From Promethearchaeia archaeon (lineage in GTDB: Archaea; Asgardarchaeota; Lokiarchaeia; Sigyniarchaeales; SOKP01), in contig JAHQWJ010000080.1 of the NCBI GenBank assembly GCA_029856125.1, forward strand, positions 1 to 64,000: a DNA stretch of 64,000 nt. The letters run 5' to 3'. The notes below the pieces were generated by a model that worked only from the letters and a program-made list of their open reading frames with translations, was not told the origin of the DNA and made no database searches. Below, in pieces: positions 29,384 to 38,471 of this stretch (its first letter is position 1; the number at the start of each line of letters is the position of its first letter). A program made the position numbers and the translations under genes.

Positions 29384-31762
29384 ATGCAAGTAGAGCAAAT
29401 TTCTCCATCTGATTATAAGGATCGCAGTATAAGAATGAAAAAAGAAGTTATTTCCCAACCACATGAACTCTGTATAGAAAGAGCTAAACTTTTCACTGAG
29501 TCGTATAAAGCTACAAAGAATGAACCCCAAAACATTAGGTTTGCAAAAGCTATGTACCATTTATTGTCGAATATGACAATAAAAATACGGGAAGATGAAT
29601 TCGTTGTTGGGAATCGATGTACTAAATTTGTTGGAACACCCTTATATCCTGAAGTACGCGTTGATACAATTGAGCAAGATATAAACCTCTATAACAATCG
29701 AGAAACTCAACGGCTATTACTTTCAGATGACGATAAACAAATCATAATCGAAGAAATTATACCATATTGGAAAAACGAAGAAGAGACTACCAAATCCAGA
29801 TTTGACTCTTATTTAAATCCCGAATTAACCGATCTCATGCTAAATCTACTCTATATCGTGGATACTAACATTACTAACGGAACGGGACATTTCTTCCCTG
29901 GACATCATAATGTTTTAAAAGCGGGATTTAACGGCTTAATTCAAAAAGCAAGAGAAAAGATGAAAGAATTTTCGAAAGATCAAAAGAAGATGGACTTTTT
30001 GGAGTCAGTTATTATTGTTTTAGATGGTTCTAAAGAGTTTATTCAAAGATTCTCAATATTGGCAACTGAATTAGCAGAAAAAGAAGACGATCGTAATAGA
30101 AAAAAAGAGCTTTATGAAATTGCTGAAATTTGTTCTAATATCTCCGGTAACCCACCATCCTCATTTAAAGAAGCCCTTCAATTAATGTATTTCACTCACG
30201 TAATTGCGGGTCTCGAAGATGGAGGCTTTGCTATTAGTATAGGACGCATTGATCAAGTTCTCTATCCTTTTTATTTTGAGGATAAAAAAAAAGGAAATAT
30301 AACTGATGAAGAAATACAATTTTTAATTGAATGTTTTTACTTGAAACTTTCAACTCTATGGAATTATGTCCTCCATAAAGGAATTAGAGCTGCAGAAGGA
30401 CCGCCTCTTACTGCAAATTTGACGATAGGGGGCGTTGATGAGGATGGAAACGACGCTACTAATCAATTGTCGTATCTATTCTTAGATTCGTACAAAAAGC
30501 TAAAAACAGTCCAACCTACTTTTTCTGTTCGTATCCATAATAAATCTCCAGACGATTTAATTGTAAAAACAGGAGAAGCTATTAAATCAGGAGCTAGTAT
30601 TGCGTTGTTTAACGACGTTGTTATGATTCCAGGTCTTATAAATCTTGGTTACACTTTTGAAGATGCGCGTGAATATGCACCAATAGGGTGTGTAGAACCA
30701 GCACATACTTGTAAGTCTTTTGGATGTACAAACGCGACTCAGTTAAATATTGTGAAGTGTTTAGAATTAACTTTAAACAATGGGACAGATATGGCTACAA
30801 GAAGGGCATATGGCATTGAAAATACAAAAAATCTCTCCTCATACCAAGATTTATGGGACGAGTTTTCGAACCAACTTAGCTTTTTTGCTAAAAAATTAGT
30901 AGAAACAATGTCATTCCTTGAAAAAGCTATTGCTGAGCTCAATCCGCAACCCTTTTTATCCGCAACTATCGACGATTGCATTGAAAAGGGGTGTGATATC
31001 ACAAGTGGAGGCGCTAAATATGATTTTACTACGACTCAACTAATTGGTTTATCTACAGTTGTCGATTCTCTGGCTGTAATTAAAAAAATGGTTTACGAGG
31101 AAAAATTATTTTCTTTAGAAGAATTAATAAAGATAGTGTCAAAGAATTACCGAGGTACTTATAATGGGAAAAAGGGAGAAGAAATTAGGCAAATCTTTAT
31201 TAATAAAGTCCCTAAGTTTGGAAACGATAACGATTATGTCGACTTCATAGCTCGCGATGTAGCAGAATTGTTCTGTAAGGAAATTCTTAAACATAAAAAT
31301 TATAGAGGCGGAAAATATCATCCCGGAATTTATTCTACAGCTTTTCACATAGCATTTGGAGTTTTTACAGCGGCCTCCGCTGATGGAAGGAAGGCAAGAG
31401 AACCACTCTCAAATGGAGTTGGTCCAACCAACGGAAGGGATAAAAATGGTCCAACAGCGATACTTAATTCAATTATGAAGCTGGATAATGAGTTAATAAC
31501 TAATGGAAACTCAGTAATATTAGCTTTTCATCCAAACACACTAAAGATAGAATTGTTCCTTCCACTCATTAGAACCTATTTTGAAGAAAATGGAGGTTAT
31601 CACATTCAATTTAATGTAGTTGGAAAAGAAATTCTATGTGATGCTCAAATAAATCCAAAGGAATATCAAGGCTTAGTTGTACGGATCGCTGGTTATGCCG
31701 TATTGTTTACAGAATTATCTAAATCCGCACAAGACGAGATTATTGGTCGAACGGAGTTTTAA
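29384..31762 (+). CDS. Glycyl radical enzyme (PFL2/dehydratase-like), substrate unknown
   Basis: Single-Cys loop IGCVEP, PKFGND, ADGRKA, C-terminal VRIAGY glycyl loop. Confidence 0.93.
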   Translation: MQVEQISPSDYKDRSIRMKKEVISQPHELCIERAKLFTESYKATKNEPQNIRFAKAMYHLLSNMTIKIREDEFVVGNRCTKFVGTPLYPEVRVDTIEQDINLYNNRETQRLLLSDDDKQIIIEEIIPYWKNEEETTKSRFDSYLNPELTDLMLNLLYIVDTNITNGTGHFFPGHHNVLKAGFNGLIQKAREKMKEFSKDQKKMDFLESVIIVLDGSKEFIQRFSILATELAEKEDDRNRKKELYEIAEICSNISGNPPSSFKEALQLMYFTHVIAGLEDGGFAISIGRIDQVLYPFYFEDKKKGNITDEEIQFLIECFYLKLSTLWNYVLHKGIRAAEGPPLTANLTIGGVDEDGNDATNQLSYLFLDSYKKLKTVQPTFSVRIHNKSPDDLIVKTGEAIKSGASIALFNDVVMIPGLINLGYTFEDAREYAPIGCVEPAHTCKSFGCTNATQLNIVKCLELTLNNGTDMATRRAYGIENTKNLSSYQDLWDEFSNQLSFFAKKLVETMSFLEKAIAELNPQPFLSATIDDCIEKGCDITSGGAKYDFTTTQLIGLSTVVDSLAVIKKMVYEEKLFSLEELIKIVSKNYRGTYNGKKGEEIRQIFINKVPKFGNDNDYVDFIARDVAELFCKEILKHKNYRGGKYHPGIYSTAFHIAFGVFTAASADGRKAREPLSNGVGPTNGRDKNGPTAILNSIMKLDNELITNGNSVILAFHPNTLKIELFLPLIRTYFEENGGYHIQFNVVGKEILCDAQINPKEYQGLVVRIAGYAVLFTELSKSAQDEIIGRTEF

Positions 31763-31855
31763 TTGCATTCAAATGTAATTCATATATTTCTCGAATCAAA
31801 ATCACAAAAATTTTTAGTTTATCATTATTTTTTTATTGTATTAATTTGTTAAAAT

Positions 31856-31927
31856 GGGCCTGTAGATCAGTCGCAGATCGCTTGGTTCGCAATCAAGAGG
31901 TCACGGGTTCAATTCCCGTCAGGTCCA
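31856..31927 (+). tRNA. tRNA-Ala(CGC)
   Basis: GGGCCTG/CAGGTCC acceptor with G3:U70, anticodon arm CTTGG-TT CGC AA-TCAAG, T arm ACGGG-TTCAATT-CCCGT, discriminator A. Confidence 0.93.
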
Positions 31928-31948
31928 CTATTACTTTTAAAAAGAAAA

Positions 31949-32824
31949 TTAAATTGTATCTTCTCCAACTCCTAATTGTGATATCATCATTCTCTTGAGC
32001 TCCTCTTTGTTTTTAGGTAATCCAAACATATCCGCATATTTATCAGTTGTATTTAATTCTGCTGACCTTCCTTTTTTTACCGCTGTTATTAGATCGTTGT
32101 CCAAGAGATATTTCACATGCTCGTAAGCGCCACTTCCTCTTAATTTAATTACGGTTGACTTTAAAATTGGCTGTTTCAGAGCAATTACAGTAAGTGTTCT
32201 TAAATAGCGCTCAGCAATAGCACCACCTTTAGCGAATTTGGAAACTGTTTCTGTAAGTTCCGGTCTTAGCTGCATTTGATATTTTTCTCCAATTTGGGCG
32301 ACAATCAATGCGCCTTCACGGTCTAAATAGTCAAAAGCAACAACATTTACAAGTTCTTCTACTTCTTTTTTTGGGATTTCTAATTTAGTTGATAATTCTT
32401 CTACATCCAGAGGTCTACCAGCCGCATAAAGAGCGCCCTCTATTAGATTTCTCCGTAGAACATTTAATTGTAATTCTAATTCTTCTTTCGTGAGTTCTTT
32501 AGGTATATGAAATTCAACTGTATCATCTCCTATAACTTCAGTCTCTCGTTCGCTTAAGTTTTCTTCTGAGGGGTCGAGACTCGATGATTCTTCCCCCTCA
32601 ATATTTAATTCTTCTTCAATAAACTCTTGGAGATCTTCTTCTTCTTTAAAATCTTGTTTAGGAAAATCTTCTATGGTTTCTTTGGTTTCTAATTCGATCT
32701 CAATATCTTCTAAATTCCTTTCTTCTTGAGGAATTTCTTCGGGATTAGTCTCATCTAAAGGTTCTACTTCATTCGTTTCGGCTTCGTATTGATTTTCGTG
32801 TTCTTTTTCGTTATTTTCGTTCAG
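31949..32824 (-). CDS. scpB: SMC-Scp complex kite subunit ScpB with about 120-aa acidic N-terminal extension
   Basis: Frame open from CTG 32824 (7 nt after GGTG; in-frame TAG two codons upstream). Contains IEGALYAAGRPL and TLTVIALKQPI..RGS...HVKYL...TT..Y...FGL. The ORF track shows only the last 119 aa. Confidence 0.9.
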   Translation of the reverse strand: MNENNEKEHENQYEAETNEVEPLDETNPEEIPQEERNLEDIEIELETKETIEDFPKQDFKEEEDLQEFIEEELNIEGEESSSLDPSEENLSERETEVIGDDTVEFHIPKELTKEELELQLNVLRRNLIEGALYAAGRPLDVEELSTKLEIPKKEVEELVNVVAFDYLDREGALIVAQIGEKYQMQLRPELTETVSKFAKGGAIAERYLRTLTVIALKQPILKSTVIKLRGSGAYEHVKYLLDNDLITAVKKGRSAELNTTDKYADMFGLPKNKEELKRMMISQLGVGEDTI

Positions 32825-32853
32825 TTTCTATCACCAAAAATTAGGATTGTAAT

Positions 32854-33858
32854 TTAACTTTTTAAATTTATTGAGAAATCTTTAAAATCTTCGTCTTGAA
32901 ATAGTTCTAACTTATTCCCTGTTGAGAGGAACATTAAAGCTAAAAACATGCGAACAAAAGCGAACTTCTTACCTATGTCGCTTTTTTCTTCGATATTAAT
33001 AATTTCTGCCATGTCATAAAAGGAGGTTTCTTTATCGTCAAGTTTTATTTTAGTTTTTATTCTGTTAAACCAAGCGTTGTGTAACTCTTCTACAGTTTGT
33101 TCCTTCCCGCTAATGTGTTTTAAAAGTTCTTTTGGCAGTTGCGCTTTAGATTTTTTTTGAATTCGCTGTTCTTTTAATTCATCCCGTCTCATTCTTCTCC
33201 TTTTTAGTTTTTCTTTTTTTTGCATTGTCTCAATTATTGCAGATCTCATAGCGTCAAATAATTCGTCTTTAGTGGAGATTAACATTTTAGGCTGAATAGG
33301 TTGTGGTAAAGATTTGGGTATCGATCTACCGTGCCTTGCCCTGAATTGCGCCAATTCTTCCTTTTTCTGAATCTGTTCTTCATCCCGTATTATGCTAGAG
33401 ATTTTGTAGTGATGTAATACTGCCGAAGTTTTAAGCGCGATTCCAGCAATTTTATAATTAATTAAATCTTCATGAAGCATATTATTGAAGAATTTATCAA
33501 CTAATGAAGCTAGATCGTAAAAGGCTACATTTGATTCCTTCGCGACTTCGGGATCTAAAAGGCTTGAAAAAGGCGGTTTCTGCCAGAACTTTAATTCTAA
33601 CTTTTCTTTATGCAATAATGCGGGATCTTCTTCCTCGCCGGCGACTAACTCTTCTTCCAATACTTCTTCATCCATATCATCTTGAGTTCGGTCTACAAAT
33701 TCTGGATGTGAAGCGATCTTTTCTATAAGTTTAATAATTTCATTTTTTTTTGATTTAGACGGTATCTTTATGTTGTTTTTACTTGCAAATTCCCTAAGTT
33801 GCTTTACAGACCATTCTTTGAAGTTGTATTTTTTCTCTTCACTCTCATTTTCTGGAAC
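32854..33858 (-). CDS. scpA: Kleisin ScpA with N-terminal SAP/LEM/HeH-like extension
   Basis: N-kleisin DLASLVDKF...IAGIALKTSAVLHHYK and C-terminal WH FLALMFL...LELFQDEDF; between smc and scpB. Frame open 61 codons upstream of ATG 33675 to GTT 33858 (7 nt after GGTG); exact start uncertain (ATC 33861 or ATA 33864 possible). Confidence 0.85.
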   Translation of the reverse strand, partial: VPENESEEKKYNFKEWSVKQLREFASKNNIKIPSKSKKNEIIKLIEKIASHPEFVDRTQDDMDEEVLEEELVAGEEEDPALLHKEKLELKFWQKPPFSSLLDPEVAKESNVAFYDLASLVDKFFNNMLHEDLINYKIAGIALKTSAVLHHYKISSIIRDEEQIQKKEELAQFRARHGRSIPKSLPQPIQPKMLISTKDELFDAMRSAIIETMQKKEKLKRRRMRRDELKEQRIQKKSKAQLPKELLKHISGKEQTVEELHNAWFNRIKTKIKLDDKETSFYDMAEIINIEEKSDIGKKFAFVRMFLALMFLSTGNKLELFQDEDFKDFSINLKS

Positions 33859-33884
33859 GATTATACACCTTAAGTTTTTAATTT

Positions 33885-36800
33885 TTAATTTTCTTCAATA
33901 GTAGGAGGCACATCTGGAAGTTCGAGTAACCTTTTCGCTTCTTCTTCTAAATCGACACTAAAAATGTCGGTGATTCCGCTTTGTTGCATGGAAACACCGT
34001 ATATGCGATCTGCGTTAACTATATTCTCTTCACGATGACTTATCACCAAAAATTGCGCTTGTCTGGCAAATTCTTTAATTACCATACTTACTCTATGAAC
34101 ATTGGGACCATCTAAGGCAGCATCTATCTCGTCCATAATATAAAATGGCGCAGGATAAAATTCTTGAACCGCAAAAATAAATGACAAAGCAACGAGTGTT
34201 TTTTCTCCGCCACTCAATATTTCTAAACTGGAAATACGCTTCCCACGGGGTCTAGCTTCGATACTACATCCTCCTTCAAAAGGTTTATCTGGTCTATCGA
34301 GAATCATTTTTGCAGATCCCCCTGGTGAAAGCTTCTGAAATATTCGAGCAAACTCACGATTGATTTCGTGGTAAGCCTTCATGAATGTTCGAGTTTTTTC
34401 CAATTCAATTTTTTCAATAGCATCGAGAATTGCTTTTCTTTCACGTTGTATCGTTTGCCTTCTCATATCTATTTCGTCAAATCTCTCTTTTATAGTATCA
34501 TATTGCGTAATAGCTTTCAAGTTAACTGGTTCCAAAGCTTTTTTCTTGTTGGTAGCTGTAGAAATATCTGATTGTAATCCCGATTCTGAGAGCTCGTCAG
34601 TCACTACGGGCAAAGCACCGTAATCCTTCGATCTCTGATAAAAAGTTTCTATCTGATCTGTAGTAATAATCTTTTTTGATTCAAAATTGTTTAGTTTAGC
34701 ATTTTCCATTGAAAGATCAGAGCGTAGGTCGTTTATTAGTTTCTGATAATTTTTTTGTTTCTGCCAGGATATATCCTTTCCTTGAATCTGTTTATTAATT
34801 TCTTCCTGTTTTACATTCTTTTTGTCTTCTTCTTGTTTTAAATCAGTTTCAATGTTTTCAATATCTTTTACTATTAATTCTATTTGTTTCTCAGTTTCTT
34901 TGATGTCTTGGTTAAGAGAGATTATTTTTTGTTCTCGTTCTTTATTTTTATTTAATTCGTTTAATTTAGCTTGTATTTTTTGAAGATCTTTATTAAATTT
35001 ATTTAATTCTTTTTGAACTTTCTTTTGCGCTTCCAACTCTTTGTTTTTATCTTCTCTTAAAGCATCTATGACTAATTGGATTTCATTGACTTTCTTTTGT
35101 ACCTCATCTACTTGGGTATTAAAACCCTCCATGTCTTGAGCACACTGTTTAATATTTGCGTTAGCTTCCAAGTTTTCCTTAGTTAATTCTTCAATTGAAT
35201 TGATAACCATCATAACATTTTCAAGTGCCCTTAGGTTATCCATTGTACTCTCTAATTTTTTATTTTGGTTACCAATATGAGTTCTTAACTTTTCTGTATT
35301 CTCCCAAAACTTATTTTTTTCTAAAATTTGAGAATCGATTTTTACTGTTAAAGCTTCTTGTTCTAAATTGAGATTTGTAATGTTTTCTTCAGTGTTAATT
35401 ATAATATTTTTCTTATTTTCTATATTTGAATTTAATTCTTGGATATTATTCTCAATATCAATGATTTTTTCATAAAAATTTTGTATTCCCTGCAATTCTT
35501 GAAGTTTTTTATGCAAATCGTCTAATCCTTGCTGTTTTATTTCTATATTTTTCTTGATAGTAGAAACTTTATCCCAGTAGTCCTCTTTGAGTTGTTTTAC
35601 ATTGTTTATTTCTTCATTGAAATTTTCTTTTTGTTTTTCTCCTATAACAGTATTCCTCTGCTTAACCTCAGCTTCAGACTTTTCGATTTTCCCGACCAAT
35701 TCGGTGATTCTTTTATTAACTTCTTCTAATCTCTTATTAGTAACTGATAAATCGTCTGAATCATGCTTTTCTTGAGTATTTATCCGTGTTAAATCTTTTT
35801 CAATTTGGTTTAGATCCAGAGTTTGAGACGCAATATTTTCAGTGATCTCTTCAAGCTGTTTATATTGCTCTTGTGATTTTGACATAGTGAGTTTTCGCAA
35901 TGATAAGTATACATTCTCAAGAATTTCCATTAAATCTTGAACGAAGCTATCAAAAGTTGATGTAGATTGTTGAATTTCTACGTCAGCACTTTCCTTTACA
36001 GAATCAATTAACTGATCTATCGTTGTGTCAACATTCTCAGTAAAAAGAGTTAATGTCTGAAGTATAGACTTAAGAGTTTCAGACATTTCAGCAACCTCTG
36101 ATTTTTGTTCCGCTTCTGCTTCAGCTTCAGAGCTTACATCTTCAACCGTCTTCATAATATCGATAATATCAAGGACAAATTGTTTAAAGTTAACCCCTGA
36201 CGTCTCAATTGCCTCAGCATTAGACTGTTGAATGTTGCTCTTGATAGATTCGACGGAAATATTGATATTCTGAGTGAGCATGTTCAGTATTTGCAGGATT
36301 CCTGTTATATCTTCAGTATTTCTTTCGTATTCTTTTTCTGTATTTTCAATTTTAGCTAATAAATTATTTTTTTCAGTAGTTAGCTCTCCTATTCGTCTTT
36401 GAATATTATCTTTTCTTTTATTAAGCCCTTCTGATTCAGAGCTATTTTTAGTTAAATTTGCGTTTAGAGTTGACGATTTTAATTCTAAATCTTGTTTTTC
36501 CCTCTCAAGATTGGTCGATTCTTTTTTTAATAGATTTAACCTCGTATTAATATTATCAATTTTGGTTCTGTTATCATTAATTTCTGATTCAATAGAATCT
36601 TGTTTCATTAACAATAATTCTAATTCTTGTTCATTTTTTCTATAAATAGAATCTTCATCTTTTAATTGTTGTCGATAACTGTTTAATTCATTAGTTAGAG
36701 TATCTTTTTCCCTTAATAGCTCTTTTAACGCCTCTTCTGTGTCTTTCCCTTTACTTAATTCTTTGATTTTTTCTTCAGTTTTGATTTTATCTACATTCAA

Positions 36801-38354
36801 CTTTTCTATCCTATCGGAGTTCATCTTAATCTCTGTAGTTAGTGACGATAACATAGATTTGAAATCTGCAGACTTTGAATTAAGATTGTTCTTATCTTCT
36901 TGTAGGGTTACGATAATTTTCTCTAGATCTTGTTGATTTTCGTTCTCTTTTGAGATTTTTATATTTAAGTCATTAATTTCTTTTCTTGTTGCTTCAGCCT
37001 CACTCTTTGTATTAGCTATTGCATCTTCAATGCTTTCTGATTCTCCTTTTAATTTGCTAAGATCCAGTTCTAATTTCTGTTTTTTTTCTTCGTTTTTTTT
37101 AATATTCTTTTTCAGAATTTTAATTTGAGCTTTATTCGATGAAATACTTTGCTTTATAACGGAGATTTCTCCATTAAATCCTGTTTTTCCATCGTTTTGT
37201 TCTTTAATTTTTGCGTCAATGTCAGCTTGTTTTTGGTGTTTACTTTCTATTTCTGCTTTTGATGCTTCAATTTGACTTTCTGTATCTGCTACAACTTTCA
37301 TTTCTGATTCAATTAAAGAATCAAATGTTTGGCCTTCATCAAGAACCATCTGCAATTTTTCCAAAGTATTAATTTCTTGAGAAATTTTTTCAATTGACTT
37401 ATTTGCGAGGGTTAAAGACGTTTTATTTGAAGATTGTTGCGTTTTAAGTTGAGTGATTTTTTCAGTGATGATTTCTCTTTCTTTTTCTTTTTCAGTTATG
37501 TTTTTTTGTATATTTTCCATAACTAATGATTCTTGTTTTAAAATATCATCTTGTCTTGTTAATTTTTCTTTTAATTCTTCTAAGATTGTATTAGATTCTT
37601 CAATACTTTTTTCTAGATCATTTTCTTCCTTCCTTAATTTCTCTATCTTTAATGCTATCAATTGAGCGTTGTATAAGTCGATTTGTTCATCTAACTCTTT
37701 CCATGCCAAAGCATCATTCTTTTCTTTTTCTACTTTTTTTAATTGAGAGGAAACTTCTTTGAAAATTGCTTCAAATTGGCCTAGATCTCTTTCAGCCTTT
37801 TCTAGTTCCTTCATAGTTCCATCCTTCATTTCATCGTATTTCTGTAGGCCAATAAGATCTTCTATAAATATTCTGCGTGCTACCGGATTCATGTGAGTTA
37901 ATTCTACGATTTTCCCTTGTAGAACGAATTGATTACTTCCATCAGGATCTACATTTGCAGCTGCAAGAGCATTAAGAATCTGAGTTCTAGTAGATTTTTT
38001 GCCGTTCATTTTATATCCTCCGCCCCCTCCTCGTTGAATTGTTCGAGTAACTTCGAATGTTTCTGTTCCACCTGGGAAAATTTCCTCTGAGTTATCGAAA
38101 TATAATGTGACCGAAGCTCTGTTTGAAGGGTTTTTACCTCGGGATCCCGCAAAAATCAAATCTTCAAGACTCTTAGCTCTCATAGTTTTTTTGCTCAGTC
38201 TACCTAAAGCAAATGTTAAAGCGTCAATAATGTTAGATTTTCCTGCGCCGTTAGGGCCTACTATACAAGTAAATCCGCTCGAAAGCCTAAGAGTAACAGT
38301 TCTGTCACCGAATGATTTAAATCCGGTCATAGAAATTTTTTTGATGTAGGTCAA
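33885..38354 (-). CDS. smc: SMC protein (1489 aa) lacking a canonical hinge domain
   Basis: GFKSF, GPNGAGKSNIIDA, Q-loop VLQGKI, PVNLKAI, LSGGEK, PAPFYIMDEIDAALD, ISH. Confidence 0.95.
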   Translation of the reverse strand: MTYIKKISMTGFKSFGDRTVTLRLSSGFTCIVGPNGAGKSNIIDALTFALGRLSKKTMRAKSLEDLIFAGSRGKNPSNRASVTLYFDNSEEIFPGGTETFEVTRTIQRGGGGGYKMNGKKSTRTQILNALAAANVDPDGSNQFVLQGKIVELTHMNPVARRIFIEDLIGLQKYDEMKDGTMKELEKAERDLGQFEAIFKEVSSQLKKVEKEKNDALAWKELDEQIDLYNAQLIALKIEKLRKEENDLEKSIEESNTILEELKEKLTRQDDILKQESLVMENIQKNITEKEKEREIITEKITQLKTQQSSNKTSLTLANKSIEKISQEINTLEKLQMVLDEGQTFDSLIESEMKVVADTESQIEASKAEIESKHQKQADIDAKIKEQNDGKTGFNGEISVIKQSISSNKAQIKILKKNIKKNEEKKQKLELDLSKLKGESESIEDAIANTKSEAEATRKEINDLNIKISKENENQQDLEKIIVTLQEDKNNLNSKSADFKSMLSSLTTEIKMNSDRIEKLNVDKIKTEEKIKELSKGKDTEEALKELLREKDTLTNELNSYRQQLKDEDSIYRKNEQELELLLMKQDSIESEINDNRTKIDNINTRLNLLKKESTNLEREKQDLELKSSTLNANLTKNSSESEGLNKRKDNIQRRIGELTTEKNNLLAKIENTEKEYERNTEDITGILQILNMLTQNINISVESIKSNIQQSNAEAIETSGVNFKQFVLDIIDIMKTVEDVSSEAEAEAEQKSEVAEMSETLKSILQTLTLFTENVDTTIDQLIDSVKESADVEIQQSTSTFDSFVQDLMEILENVYLSLRKLTMSKSQEQYKQLEEITENIASQTLDLNQIEKDLTRINTQEKHDSDDLSVTNKRLEEVNKRITELVGKIEKSEAEVKQRNTVIGEKQKENFNEEINNVKQLKEDYWDKVSTIKKNIEIKQQGLDDLHKKLQELQGIQNFYEKIIDIENNIQELNSNIENKKNIIINTEENITNLNLEQEALTVKIDSQILEKNKFWENTEKLRTHIGNQNKKLESTMDNLRALENVMMVINSIEELTKENLEANANIKQCAQDMEGFNTQVDEVQKKVNEIQLVIDALREDKNKELEAQKKVQKELNKFNKDLQKIQAKLNELNKNKEREQKIISLNQDIKETEKQIELIVKDIENIETDLKQEEDKKNVKQEEINKQIQGKDISWQKQKNYQKLINDLRSDLSMENAKLNNFESKKIITTDQIETFYQRSKDYGALPVVTDELSESGLQSDISTATNKKKALEPVNLKAITQYDTIKERFDEIDMRRQTIQRERKAILDAIEKIELEKTRTFMKAYHEINREFARIFQKLSPGGSAKMILDRPDKPFEGGCSIEARPRGKRISSLEILSGGEKTLVALSFIFAVQEFYPAPFYIMDEIDAALDGPNVHRVSMVIKEFARQAQFLVISHREENIVNADRIYGVSMQQSGITDIFSVDLEEEAKRLLELPDVPPTIEEN

Positions 38355-38471
38355 TTTTGAATCGCCATTTCATTCATTCTTTTATAAAATAAAGTATGAT
38401 TTCATCTATTTATATACTCGGGATATGAATGTTAGGATTCTTGTTTTTAATATTTTTTAAAATAAAAAAAA

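Noticed and set aside
29384-31762. True pyruvate formate-lyase
   Set aside because: The active-site loop has one Cys (GCVE), not the CC pair.
33885-38354. Rad50/SbcC or coalescin identity for the hinge-less SMC
   Set aside because: No CxxC hook and no adjacent mre11; it has Smc-type motifs (PVNLKAI, PAPFYIMDEIDAALD) and adjacent scpA-scpB.
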